Assembly: GCA_965285935.1 (NCBI GenBank)
Contig: OZ260662.1
Location: forward strand, 88,164,001-88,228,000
DNA from: Ophelia neglecta
Lineage: Eukaryota
Direction: 5' to 3'
DNA: 64,000 nucleotides
Below, one piece after another: positions 50,061 to 62,223 of the stretch. Positions within the stretch are counted from its first letter, which is position 1. Each line of letters starts with the position of its first letter. The notes beneath the pieces were generated by a model. That model made no database searches and was not told where the DNA came from. It saw only the letters and a program-made list of their open reading frames with translations. Both the position numbers and the translations under genes were made by a program.

Positions 50061-53000
50061 GTGCGATACATGATTGTTGAATAGTATTAGGTAATGATGG
50101 GAGGGAGGATTCCCGCTAAAGGGGGAGGGCTTGAAAAACAGGGGGTGAGGCACGTGCGGTGACCGGAGAGATGACACCGGGGGAGTATGTACCGGGTGAG
50201 GCGGGGAAGGGGGCTGGACACTGTAGCTGAATGACATTAATATTAAACTTATTTAGACTCGATAGCCCTTTCAGCTTACGCTGTTTGCCATAGGGATCCA
50301 GTTGATATTTACAAATCAAACAATCGTTTTATAAGAGAGGAAAATTTACAAACTATATAAACAAAAACACCTGCCACATTTAAACTAGGACGAGGGAATC
50401 TCAAACCAACAATTCAGATATGGGAAAATGTACAGCATGCACAAATCTAAACCTATACTTATTTTATAAGAAAACACCTGGTCACATTCGTGCAAATCCA
50501 ATCACTTAAATCATTGAACTTTAGCATACAATGAATCTAATGTCACCCACAACAACATCATAAATGGGACAATAGAGACATAAGGGTGGGGGTCTAATTT
50601 TCTTTCCGAGATAAAGCCCTGTTGCTTAGCACAAAAGTAGGCAGACCTGACTTGGGTAAGAGTTGATTATTTGATTAGAAAAGAGGATACTTTGTCGTCT
50701 ACTCAGAGGAGTCTTTTAACTCTTCCCGTACGCTGTTTAATATGCCCAATACTCGACACTGAACTTGTGTAGGTCGTTAACTGCAATGTCTAACATGCTT
50801 ACTTTCGGTGCCTCCAAGCTCCGTGCGGCGAAAAGCTCTGTTATCATTTTAAATCCTAATTTTTTTTAAAGGGCGGTTATGTCAAACTTATAGTCTAAAT
50901 TGAAGGAACTTACTAGCTGCAATAACTTATTTCTAGCCTAATCAATATCGGCATGTTTAATACAAATACTATTCCCTACAAATAGTAAAGTTTGAAATGT
51001 GTAAAACCAAGTTAGATAGCCTAACCAACGTCTTTCAATAAATAATCATTCACTAGATTGTAAACCTCTACCTTCTTGAATGAGTAAATTCGTTGAATAA
51101 ATTAACCCTCGTGCTTAACACAAAATTTGAATGAAATTGATTAATTTCTTCATATCAGCTGTTTAATGTCGGTTACCTCGAGGTTTAAGTTTTTGCCCTT
51201 GCTCCCATTTCCAACAGAAAGCTATGAATACCATTAAGATATACAGACGGTATTTCTGATTAAGTTGCGCAGTGATGGTGGACAACGTGAAAATGTTACG
51301 TTTGCATTAACTTTTTTTCACTAACCTTTCATTCGTCATACTTGTGTAATGCGCTCGCGAACTTGAAATTTTGGTTTAAACATATTTATTTACATTTTGG
51401 TTTTTACAAGAAGTCGAAGCTTATCTGGTGTAATTACCAAAAAAAATCAAGTACAATATATGTGTGTGTGTATAAATTACATGCATGCGGTGATGAGATG
51501 AAAATAGATGTTATGATGAACTGGACATAGCAAAAATGTTACAAGATATAATTTACTTAAAAATAATTTACTAGCAGGCAACAAAGTATATTTATGATGG
51601 AATGCTGCGGCGGCCAACGGATACAACAAGAAGGCTTTATAAAACAGAAATAATTGGTGTATGAACAGCAATATATGTATGAGGAAAAGTGATACGGATG
51701 TACATTTATATAGGAAAGTTATAGTAATAATAATAAACAGGGATAACAAATATTGGTAACTGATTTTTAATATACGCAAACTATCATCTGATTATAGAGT
51801 ATATGCGAGGAAATGATTGGTGAAGCTCATAGAGAGTTAATGAACTCAAGCTCATGGAAGACGACCGAGAGCCGTGAAGTAGCGAGAGACATGACCAGAC
51901 CACCAACACCATACAGTAACAATGACCCACCCATGACCCCCATCCCGCCACAAACCACATAGGATAAATGGGGCATCAGGACACGCACCGCCTTGTTTGA
52001 AATTTTCCCCTTCCGTTGCGTCTAACAAAATCGGTAATGACCGCTGCCATGTCGGAGTTGGGTAAGCCTGTAATTTGGTAAATGACATTAGTGGACATAT
52101 TTTGAATCGAACGTCAGACAGTCTACCACATGTTATTGTAGGCCTAGCGTGTTGACCTAATAGATCGACGCCACAACTGCATTTTCACATAATTGCAAAT
52201 TCATTATCTTTGTATGTGTAACTTTCGCGTATACTTATTGCGAAATTCGCATTATAGTTTGAATTGATGCAAAGCGGGATACAATTTACCCTAAAATAAG
52301 TGCATTGTTTAAAATAAAAGGCAAACGTTTGCCGTTTTAATCGTCAGGCCATTGGGCTACGAAAAACTGCTTGACAAACTAAGGTTTATAAACAAAGAAC
52401 TTGATAAGCCCTGCGAGAATAACGAGTCATGTTATTTGGGAAGTTTCCTCGGTCTATTTAAACGAACTAAGCTAAAAAGGCAAGGAATGTGTAATGATTT
52501 GAATAGAGACTCATTTTGGCAATACATTTTATTTAGTAATGGTTTGATGGCAAATTTAGGAGTAGAAATATTACAATTTGCTTCGTTAGTACATTTTTAT
52601 CTGACACGACAGTTATTCCATTAAGTATTATCTCTATGATTTATCATAAACATATATTAAAAATAAAAGTGTTCCTATGATTCCAACCTGAGGAACATCA
52701 CAGTCAACGTTTGCTAGATGGGATAGAGAGCCATTAACATATACAATTTGGCTTCCATCTGACAGACAAGATCCAAACCAACAAATAGTAATGTTGTCTG
52801 TTCCCATAACCCCAACTTATTTAGCAAATGTCAAGGTTTGTAGTGTCAAATGCGTTTAGTACATCAATATATGCTTGTTATTTGTCCCCGTCCATTTTTG
52901 CTTTAACCGTACCTAACCAAATAATCTTAGCAGTCTTTATAGAAAAACTACGCCAAAAACGTGATTGATACTAATGCAAAAATTCCTTTTTAGTAAAATT

Positions 53001-53179
53001 TCCAGCAGTCTGAACATAAGCCACCCACTCCCTAATCCTGGACAAATCCTGGGCAAAAGCGGACGCTCTGAGACAGGCCTTTAGTTATGTGAGTCACATG
53101 AATCATCCAATTTGTGCAACCACTATGCTTGTAAATATTTGGTATACATGAATTCTGAATTTACAGATTATCAGTTAAT

Positions 53180-53760
53180 GACTTAACAATAATATTGGTA
53201 TAATATTTTTAATGTCGAAAGAATAACGTCCAGTCATATTGCTTTCATTATAATTATGTTTGACAGACGCTTTCTTATAGTTTCTTAATCCATCTCGCGC
53301 AACATTAATTCCTTCCCCGGGATTTATTAAGAAGCAGCGTATTGATTGAATTCTTAGAAATCTGGGTAATCTGTGAATTTGAAAGTGTAGGCAGCATCTG
53401 AACTGGCTAGCTGCAAATAGAAAGAATATCTATAATTGCTACACTCATCAAAGGCAACTTTACCTAACTCAGATTTACGAACGATCTTAGTTTATTACCC
53501 TCGGCCTTGGTAGATAAACCCAAGTTTTGGAAACAATTCCACAAATACTTACTACTATGGATTTTCTTTACAACCTGATGCTTTACATAAAAAGACTTGG
53601 CTTGTTTCATTTTTTCCTTAATTTGCTTAAAGTTTATAGTTTGCCAGATTCTCTATATCTAACAAGAGTTCTAGTGACAATTAATTCTTTAATTTTGTCA
53701 TCAAACCATGGCTCAATTCTTTGTTTCCTGCGTATTGCCTTGCTTTAAACCACGAGCAAA
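53180..53760 (-). mobile_element. Decayed non-LTR retrotransposon ORF2 fragment (L2/CR1-group-like linker region)
   Basis: Minus strand reads RKQRIEPWFDDKIKELIVTR and later TIRKRLSNIIIMKAI*LDVI, resembling the PW and KAxGxDxI motifs preceding LINE RT; multiple stops. Confidence 0.5.
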
Positions 53761-54623
53761 CGATCGTGGATTCAATCGAAACAGCCTCACTACACCGGAT
53801 GAGGACTGTAAATGCCTGCATGTACAACGTTCTCCATCAGTATTTTTAATGACCTCACAGCAGAAGCTACTCGGTAACTACTTTGATATAGGCCTATGGG
53901 AGTAATTTCGAGCTTGACATTAATTTGCTGAAATGTGACATTTATGAACTCAATGCTGGTTTTTGTTGGCTTAGTTTATGCAGCACAAAAGCCTATTCCT
54001 ATTACCTCATTGAAATAATTAATAAATACTTGTGCGCGGGCAACATGGATATATAAGTTGATGACATTCATAAGAGCAAATGCACTAGTGTTTCAGTAGA
54101 ATTGAATCATCCACTTGTACGCTTAAACATTGCAGACACAGTGAAATACATCATCGACCTATTATTTCAAATAAGAGGCGCTGTTTTCCATTGAACATAA
54201 GGTTGGCAAATATTTTATTTTTTGTGTTGCAAACTTCAAGTCTGTACTGATGAAAAAAGATATGGAGACTACTAATTCTAAACGATTTTAAGCATGATAT
54301 TGGTTATCAACCAAGTCAGTGCATTACTTGTAATTACAAGTTTGAATTTCTCAACTAATTTGTTAAACACAATGTATTAGTATAGTTTAAACCTAATCTA
54401 GTGTAACATTTCTGATTAAGCAGCAAAATGAACACTGAGCGTAAGCGTGGTTTATGATATAGCACGGTTTATTGGGGTAGGCCTAGTCGGAATGATTAAA
54501 ACTCGGCTAGCGCTATGAGACACATTGAAATCATTTGGAGTACCAGCAAAAACAGCCCTATATTAAACAGCTACGCAGAAAGTTTTCATAATGTTACCCA
54601 TTTCCTTTTCTGTAGAATATACT

Positions 54624-56042
54624 ATGGCGTGGTTGCGAAAACCGACCTACGTATCCCTCCTGTTGGTTTTGGTCATGGCTGCCAGAGCAAAGGGTATGCG
54701 GGAGCGGAGATGTAACCTGCTACCGGCGGAGGGCTGCACGTGTTGGACGAGTTACGGTAAGATGGATGTTAGCTGTGTCAACCTCGGGATGAGCGCCATC
54801 CCTCCAATTGACACGTCACTGGCTTCCGGCTTGCAAGTCCATCTGGACTTCTCTAGAAATAACATCATCCGAATTCAATCAAATGACTTCGACGGACTTT
54901 GGCTTACCAAATTGGTTTTGAGTGACAACAATTGTCTGCAAGGATCTGGCTGTCCTCAAAATACGCCTGTCACTGAAGAAGCTTTTGCTGGCGATGTCAA
55001 GGACAGCCTTAATCATCTCGACTTGAGTAATTGTCGCCTCCACGAGATTCCTTCCACAATTCTTCTAATAAATGACTTGAGAATCTTGATTCTTTCTAAT
55101 AATATAATAACTACAATACCCAGAAGTTTTTCAGACCTTAATACTTTAGAGACACTCTATCTGGACGGTAACCCTATAGCAACCATCGCGAGTTATAGCT
55201 TCGAACACTTTTCCAGTCTTACATCTCTACATATTACCTTCAGCAGAGCAATCCACGGGAACGCTATAAAAAGAATCCTTCCATACTCTGATTTAAGAAA
55301 TTTGAAAACTCTTCGCATCGTTGATTCGCCTATTAAAAATTATCTCACATTCATCACTAAGGCGTCACATTTCCCAGACCTCGAGTATTTCTATTGTGAC
55401 GGGTGTGAACTGAACGACCGACACATGGTGAACTTTCTACAAGAGACACGGTTTCCGTTGAAGGTCATTGGTTTCCCAAACAACAAATTGTCTTCTGTGC
55501 GCCGGATATACACATTCCTCGACAATGTGCCAAACCTTGAGAGGTTAGATTTGTCTATCAATCAGTTTTCCACTCTCGGCTCTGACGCATTCACCCTAGA
55601 ATCGCTACGACAACTAAACCTGAGTTCGAATCAAATCACTGACCTTTCGCGCAGATTCTTTGCACGGGGTCACATTGATTTACTTGACTTGAGCAACAAC
55701 CAACTGACCGAGATTTCGAACACTTCCCTGAAATTTATCTTGGATTCTGACATAGAAGTCATACTTCTCGGCGGCAATCCTTTTCATTGTGACTGCAACA
55801 CCAGAGCGTTTCAACGCGCCCTACAAAGAGAACAGAATGGTTTCCCCGGGCCGTTCTCGCGTTACGAGATTTACAATAGTTTAAATTGCCATTCACCCCA
55901 ACGAGTACAAGGAACTTTGTTAGTGGATCTTACTGTGTCAGGATCTTGCTGCAACCCTTGCTTGAGTTTGCCTATTTCAGAACAGGAGTTTTGTGAATCA
56001 TTTTTTCAAGTTTCTGGCAACCGTACAGGCTGTGTCTCCTAG
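54624..56042 (+). CDS. Secreted leucine-rich repeat protein (signal peptide, LRRNT, LRRs, LRRCT, Cys-rich tail), 472 aa
   Basis: LxxLxLSxNxI repeats, CTC...VSC N-cap, LGGNPFHCDC...C.SP C-cap; ATG 54624 follows acceptor TTTTCTGTAG (54615) and opens a hydrophobic signal peptide; no TM segment seen. Confidence 0.9.
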   Translation: MAWLRKPTYVSLLLVLVMAARAKGMRERRCNLLPAEGCTCWTSYGKMDVSCVNLGMSAIPPIDTSLASGLQVHLDFSRNNIIRIQSNDFDGLWLTKLVLSDNNCLQGSGCPQNTPVTEEAFAGDVKDSLNHLDLSNCRLHEIPSTILLINDLRILILSNNIITTIPRSFSDLNTLETLYLDGNPIATIASYSFEHFSSLTSLHITFSRAIHGNAIKRILPYSDLRNLKTLRIVDSPIKNYLTFITKASHFPDLEYFYCDGCELNDRHMVNFLQETRFPLKVIGFPNNKLSSVRRIYTFLDNVPNLERLDLSINQFSTLGSDAFTLESLRQLNLSSNQITDLSRRFFARGHIDLLDLSNNQLTEISNTSLKFILDSDIEVILLGGNPFHCDCNTRAFQRALQREQNGFPGPFSRYEIYNSLNCHSPQRVQGTLLVDLTVSGSCCNPCLSLPISEQEFCESFFQVSGNRTGCVS

Positions 56043-58950
56043 TCTCATACACTGACTACAGAGGACACAAAATGATTCCATCTATTTGAATGTCCATGTA
56101 TTTTTGTCAATTTACATAATAATATAAAAATAATCGCATATACGATAATAGTACCATATAGTCCCACATTCAAACGGTGACATCCACTCCTTTTGAACTC
56201 CAATTGAAGTAAGGAATTCGCCTGAAATCACGCATCATCCTTCTCTGGTCATACATGTTGTACTGTTAACCTATTTAATGATATAAAGCTACTTATAGAA
56301 GGATATTAAAGTATTGTTTGAGAGTATGTTTTTTCGAATGAGAATGTCGGTTTTTATACCCATATTCCTTATTTCTTACTGGTAGTGCTCATTTCATATA
56401 ACTTAACTATATATTTTAATCACTGGCCACCTTTTCCTAACACTGCAACCTGAAAAGCTCAATGTACTTTCATCAAGGAATTGATTAATAAGTATGAATA
56501 TTTAATTGTAGGTGATCAATATCAGGTATAGCCATTATAAAGCGCTCTGGGTAGCGCCTTCGAGCTTCAATGTAGAATTCTTCACACAATCGGCCACAGA
56601 CTGTCAATATTCATGTATTATTGCCTGAAGGAAATATTTGCTTAAAAGAACGTCTAATTTTACGTACATACGGCCTACGTAACTTAGAATTAATTATTTA
56701 TTCAAATGTACGTCATTGCCTAAAATGAAAACCAATTAGCTGTTTGAAAGATTCATCAACCTACGTTTTGACCTACGTTTGATTGTTAAATGACCTTTTG
56801 GCCCCGGATATGTTTAAAATAAGTCAATTCATGGTCGGATTACATGTATATCAAATCAACACTGTAGTTATTACTTGAAGGTCGCCTGTGATCATTATAA
56901 CTATTAACCGAGCTGCTTCGTTTGACAAAACACGCTTGATACCCATACTAATATGCCCAATTTGCATTGTTAAAAACTTATTTTTGTCAATTTACAGCAA
57001 GGACACTTGAACTAAGTGTACAAGTTTTGCCAGCGGACATCGGTATCGCTATTAAAACAACCAATTACTAATCCCCAAAGTTTATGGGTTATCAGGGAAA
57101 AAGGATAGTACGAACATTGATTTGTATTTATTTATCCTTTGTTAATAGAAGGCTTATATAGGCATTAGTTTACCAATGATACTCATCTTTGTGAAGTGGA
57201 TTGGTGAGAATAAATATAGGACAGACAAATGAACCTAAATTATATTGACCGTAATTTCACTATGCAATTGATTTTTTTTGCAAATGAGCCATTTAACTTT
57301 GATCGAAATACGCCAATTATATACTTACTTTGTTATGTAGTGAGTATTGTTTGGAATTAAAATGCACAATAACACAATTACAACAAAGGTTATTATGATT
57401 ACGTTCAATTTAATTATATTTATATACGAATTCTGCTAGAAACACATATTTGAGGGTCGCAAAGCAACAAGAATGCATTCAAATTAACACGTGAATCGGA
57501 ATGAGATGCCAACTATGCAGTGTATGGAGGGTGTGGTGTCTTACCCGAATAGAAAAATAAAATAGCGTTATGCGTTTTTTCTGCAGATTATTGGCCATGA
57601 CCAAGAACAAAATTGCTTTCAAAGTGTTTCAGACCCTATTGGGTTTGTCTCAGTGTGGCTTCATAACGTGGGTTAGAGATCTGCTTGATATGTTAAAAAA
57701 ATGCGGCTTTGCATTTGACGTAGAGTCAATACAACTCGAGAGGCCTAATTACTTTTCTGTTCATCACAAATTTTAAACACACTTACGCACTACTTACGTA
57801 AGAGACTTGCTCGACCCTATTAAGTCCCCTTCAGACCTCCAAAAACTCCTAACATACTGTACTTATATACTTGCATTTAGAATGGAGTTATACATAACTT
57901 TTCTGTCACAATTTAAATTAGACATGCCCTGTCAAAGTTCCGATTGAGTCGCCACAATCTCGAAATGGAAATAAGTCCCTATCCAAGACCTATAACTCAA
58001 GCCCATCTACGAATAGGTAATTTGTGCCATAATGGCGTAGAGGAAGAGCTACATTTTCTTTTACATTGTGAAAGATTGAAACAAATTTGAGAACCATGTC
58101 TCTATACATTGAATTTTATTACTCCAACTTTGACATATTATCAAATGACATACTTGTTTTGCTTCTGTCCTCGCAGGACGTGGATGTCATATATCTATTA
58201 TAATTAATTTTACTTTGACAATACTGCTATATTTATAATTCATAATTTACTACTGGTGCTTACTTGTGTGACCTGTTTTATTTTCCTCTGTGTACATAGT
58301 GTATATTATATGCCTTGTATTATTTTATACTTGTACATTCAGTCAGACATGACTCTTTTTTTTAATATCCCCTTAACCTATACACGCACGAATTTTCCTT
58401 GTGCAAAATGTATGATGTATTATTTGCGAAAACGCAGTGGCATAATACCACTGTCATGCCTGTTAAGCCTGATTTAGATCTTTTGTAAAGATAGTTAACA
58501 AACAGGCCTAGGCTATAACTGTTTTTAGAGGCAAACTTTTAATCTTTGCATCAGACGAAATGTCGTAATTCCACCTGTAACAATCTTTCCAACCCACAAG
58601 CCTCCTTCTTGTGTAAGTACAAGGGCCTCATCTTGTCTTATTTTAAATTAAGATTGCTTTCTCAGATAATCAATTTGTTTTATTGTAAAAATTGCAAAAA
58701 AAAAACACTAGAACCACAGTATAAACTTAAACCTACAACTGCTCCACAAAAAAAAATCATGAGCCTCAAGGAACTCAAAGGGACAGTCTATTTGGATAGT
58801 ATTCATGAACATCGGCGCTTTGATATTCCATGATATCAGAAATTTAGCTATAGGCTTACACTATATATTCAAGGAAGAAGTTTCCGGCCTTATTGGCAAC
58901 TATTGGAATTATAAATGTTCACACTTTTTTGACCGAAGTAATACGATAGG
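55849..58950 (+). repeat. Old tandem segmental duplication, copy 1 (copy 2 at ~59246-61440)
   Basis: Collinear blocks: 55849-56310 ~ 59246-59730; 56720-56975 ~ 60010-60245; 57175-57515 ~ 60615-60945; 58380-58600 ~ 60960-61180; 58850-58950 ~ 61340-61440. Confidence 0.85.
57520..58380 (+). mobile_element. Decayed LINE 3' end (ORF2 C-terminal CCHC region) inserted in duplication copy 1
   Basis: RLSRHNLEME...LRIGNLCHNGVEEELHFLLHC at ~57940-58070 resembles RxSxHxLxIE...CxxC...EDExHFLLxC; the segment is absent from duplication copy 2. Confidence 0.7.
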
Positions 58951-59017
58951 TAGTAATGCAATAGGGTAATATGTTTAGTTACCTGCACAATCTGTTAATA
59001 CTCCGTTATAATATAAA

Positions 59018-59245
59018 GTGTGTGTCACCCGCTCAATAGTGTGTATCAGCGAAGCACAGCGGGAGATACAAAACTGTGTTTCAGACATAAGACAATTCTT
59101 GTCAATCAGTTCCAAATTTGCGATGAAGCCAGTGGCGACAAAGCTGGTAATCAATTTTGATGTGATCAGTTCTTCTCCCTCTGTCAGGGATCTTGGTGCC
59201 TGGTATCACTCTACATTTTCATAGAGGAGCACATCAGCAAACTCA
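59018..59245 (+). mobile_element. L2/CR1-group LINE reverse-transcriptase fragment
   Basis: IQNCVSDIRQFL...SPSVRDLGAWYHSTFS*EEHISK resembles the CxxDIxxW and VRDLGVxxDxxLSxxxHI motifs. Confidence 0.6.
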
Positions 59246-59443
59246 GGCCATTCTCGCGGTACGAGATTTACAATAGTTTAAATTGCCATTCCTGAGTACA
59301 AGGAATTTTTTAGTGGATCTAATTGTGTCTTTTTGTAATTTGGTTGTAACACTTATTTGAATCGGCCTAGTTCTTCGGAACAGAAGAAGGCCTATTGTAA
59401 ATTATTTTTCAAATAACTGGCAATCGTACTGACCGGCTCCTAG
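59246..59443 (+). pseudogene. 3'-terminal fragment of LRR gene 1 paralog
   Basis: GGCCATTCTCGCGGTACGAGATTTACAATAGTTTAAATTGCCATTC nearly identical to 55849-55895; indels follow; TAG at 59441-59443 corresponds to the 56040-56042 stop. Confidence 0.88.
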
Positions 59444-60275
59444 TCGCATACACGTCAAACTCGTGCCTTTTAAATTAATATAAGGTTACAAAATGATATG
59501 AATTATTTGAATGACCATGCGCCTAGTAATTTCTGTCAATTTACCTAATCATGCCTTTAATATAATCGAATATACAATAAATGCAATATATAGAGCGACA
59601 TTCAAACAGTGACACCCACTCATTTTGAACTCCAATTAAAGAAAGAAAGTCGCCTGAATCCACAACTCATTCTTCTCTCATCGTACATGTACTAGTGTTA
59701 ACTAATGATATAACGCTACATAAAGTGGTATGTTGAAGTATAAAAAAAAATGTTTTTGAATAATCTGTAATAAAACTCATACTGATTATTAATTGATCTC
59801 CAATATTCTTTGTTAATCAATTGTTAACCATATATGTTAATTTAATATGGTATGGAAGTTTAGATATGGCATGAAATGTTTGATATACAGCTGAAAAGCA
59901 TTATTCTCGACAAAAACAGACTAGATTTTAGAGAATGTTTGCTTTAATTTAGGTCTCATTTTACGCACATGACATAAATAGTTAATTCGAGACATCACTG
60001 GCAATGTTAAATACTAATTAGTTGTTTGAAAGTTTCATTAAACTGCGTTTTATTGTTAATTTGACCTTTGGTCCCGGATATGTTTGTAAGTAGGTTCAAA
60101 CTCAATTGAGGCTCAAATTATATCAAATTACCAGACTGTAGTAAAATTGAAGGCCGCTTGTGATCATTATAACTATATAATGGCCTGCTTCGTTTGACAA
60201 AACAGCCTTGTTACTCGTACTAATATGCTCAATTTTCATTGTTAACTCGTTCTGGCCAACTGACGCTGTGCTCTC

Positions 60276-60569
60276 TATATAAAGTCCTAACTAACAGGCG
60301 ACCTACTTCACTCCAGCAGAGAATTACTATCGTTACCGATTAACCTTCATTTGTGCCAGAATATATCGTATTAAAAGCTTTGTGCGATATAAGGACCGTG
60401 CTATACACGATAAATATAAGCACTGGCCTTCTCCTATTACCAGCATTACTGTATGTATTATTATTATTGAATTCTTGAGGAAAGTGGATAAAAAATTGCC
60501 AACGGAAATCGGTAATCGTTTCAAACAACGATCAAACCCCGCTGTGTATGCTTTATCAGTTGTAAAAAG
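60276..60569 (+). promoter_or_regulatory. Candidate core promoter and non-coding first exon of LRR gene 2
   Basis: TATATAAA 60276-60283, Inr-like TCACTC 60308-60313 about 30 nt downstream, consensus donor AAG|GTAAGT at 60570, acceptor TTTCAG at 62222 one base before the ATG. Confidence 0.55.
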
Positions 60570-62223
60570 GTAAGTACATTTAAGTTAATTTAAAGCCTTA
60601 AAGCTTAAGCCGAAATGATACTCATTGTTGTATTGTGGGTCGGTGGTATAAATATAGGACACACATATGAACCTAGACTAATATAAACCGTACTTATACT
60701 ATTCATTTGATTTTAACTATGAAAATGAGCAGAATCACTATAAAGAAAGAACGCCAATTTTACAAACTTTTGTTATTTTATGGTGATTGGTTTAAATTAA
60801 TACATGCGCATTAGCGACAAACTTAGTTTCGAACCTTCGTTTAGATATGTTCATGTGATATTCGCTGGAAACAAATATATTAGTGTTGCAAATCAATAAG
60901 ACATCAGCGCATTAACACATAAATCGGAACTAGATACCAAATGCATATACATCCAATTTCGCACGAAGTTCGGTGGGCAAAATGATTATATTATTTGAGG
61001 AAAGTAGTGGAATTATATCAGTGTCACACCTGTCATAGCCTCTTGTAGATCTTTTGTTCATATAGTTAACAAGTATACATAGTTGTTGTTTTGGAGGCAA
61101 AGTTTTAATCTTTGCATCAGACAAAATGGGCAAGTTGCATGCACCTGAGTCAGTCCTGGCCATCCATAAGCCTCCTTCAGATCTATGAGACCAGGAATAA
61201 TGTTCCATTGGTTATTGAGGCATTGCGGAGTTTGGAATTCTCAGTGTTGCATCGGTTTTCAAAAGTGAAAAGATTTTTAAACATGAAAAAACCTCAATAA
61301 GCATAATTACCTAGTTTTGCATTCCATATTAAGCCAGATGCCTACAATATATAAGCATTTCAAGGACGAACTAGTCCGCCTAATTGACAAAAGTTGGAAT
61401 TCTTAGTATTCACCTTTTAAGGCAGTAGTATTACGTTAGATATAACTTATGAGCCATAGCGTTATAGCTGTCGAGCTACCAGTACCATGTTTTACAACAA
61501 AATCTCAAGATTGGCTGAGACTAGTGATATTTAATGTGAGCATCCTATATTTTCAAATGCAACACAAAATGAATTAGATCATCAAATCTTATGTTATATA
61601 CAACATGGCCCACTTAACAGAAACCGACCGGGTTTCCAAATATGCCCCATCATGCCCATTTGTATATTTTAATGTTAAGGTTTAATTAGAAAAACAATTA
61701 TTGTATCCATTGTTATGTGAATATCAAGAAATGATAAAGGTGAACAAATGTTAATATGTATTAAGACTTAATGCTTCTACAGTGCGGTTTCAGTAAATTA
61801 ATTAATAATTGCACGGCGTTTATATAAGGGGTAACTCATAATGGTCTTATTGCCGATTCAGATGTAGTGATTAATAAATAATGAGTTGCTGCAAATTAAA
61901 TTTCAGTGCTTGTGTTTTTCCTTGTTGAGTGTTTAAAACGAGACGTAGTCAAGGTTTGTACGAATCGGAATCCCCTAACTAGATCATGACTTACTTTTCC
62001 TTTAGTCCACGACTAACACCCGGCGCTCCATGGGTCTTACGTGCCGAGATATTAAAAGTGAGATATACAAAGAGCGGACTAACTTATGAGCACGCCGGCA
62101 CGCCAGTGTGAATGTTATACTAGGGTATAATGATGTGTAACTATTTATATAAGCTATGAGAGCCATGTAACACTTCTTCGTTTGTACTTTCGAGTCTTAG
62201 ATGTACACGTTGTACATTTCAGT

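Larger units (their letters stand above)
59246..61440 (+). repeat. Old tandem segmental duplication, copy 2
   Basis: Collinear with 55849-58950 except for the LINE insertion and the 60245-60610 segment. Confidence 0.85.

Noticed and set aside
50095-50235. G-rich tract next to the LRR relic (G-quadruplex or MITE) and its Pro-rich minus-strand ORF; similar C-tract at 41465-41505
   Set aside because: No terminal repeats or target-site duplication identified; ORF is compositional.
51100-51190. Imperfect inverted repeat with TTAA ends (piggyBac-like MITE)
   Set aside because: Short and mismatched; could be chance in AT-rich DNA.
53760-53815. Hammerhead-ribozyme-like words (CGAAAC ... GGATGAG)
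   Set aside because: Core CTGATGA is not intact and stems are not convincing.
50300-54590. Short 60-100-aa ORFs in intergenic DNA
   Set aside because: AT-rich, no domain motifs or consistent splice structure.
56028-56042. C-terminal CVS of both LRR proteins as a CaaX prenylation signal
   Set aside because: Cys is third from the end, not fourth, and the proteins carry signal peptides.
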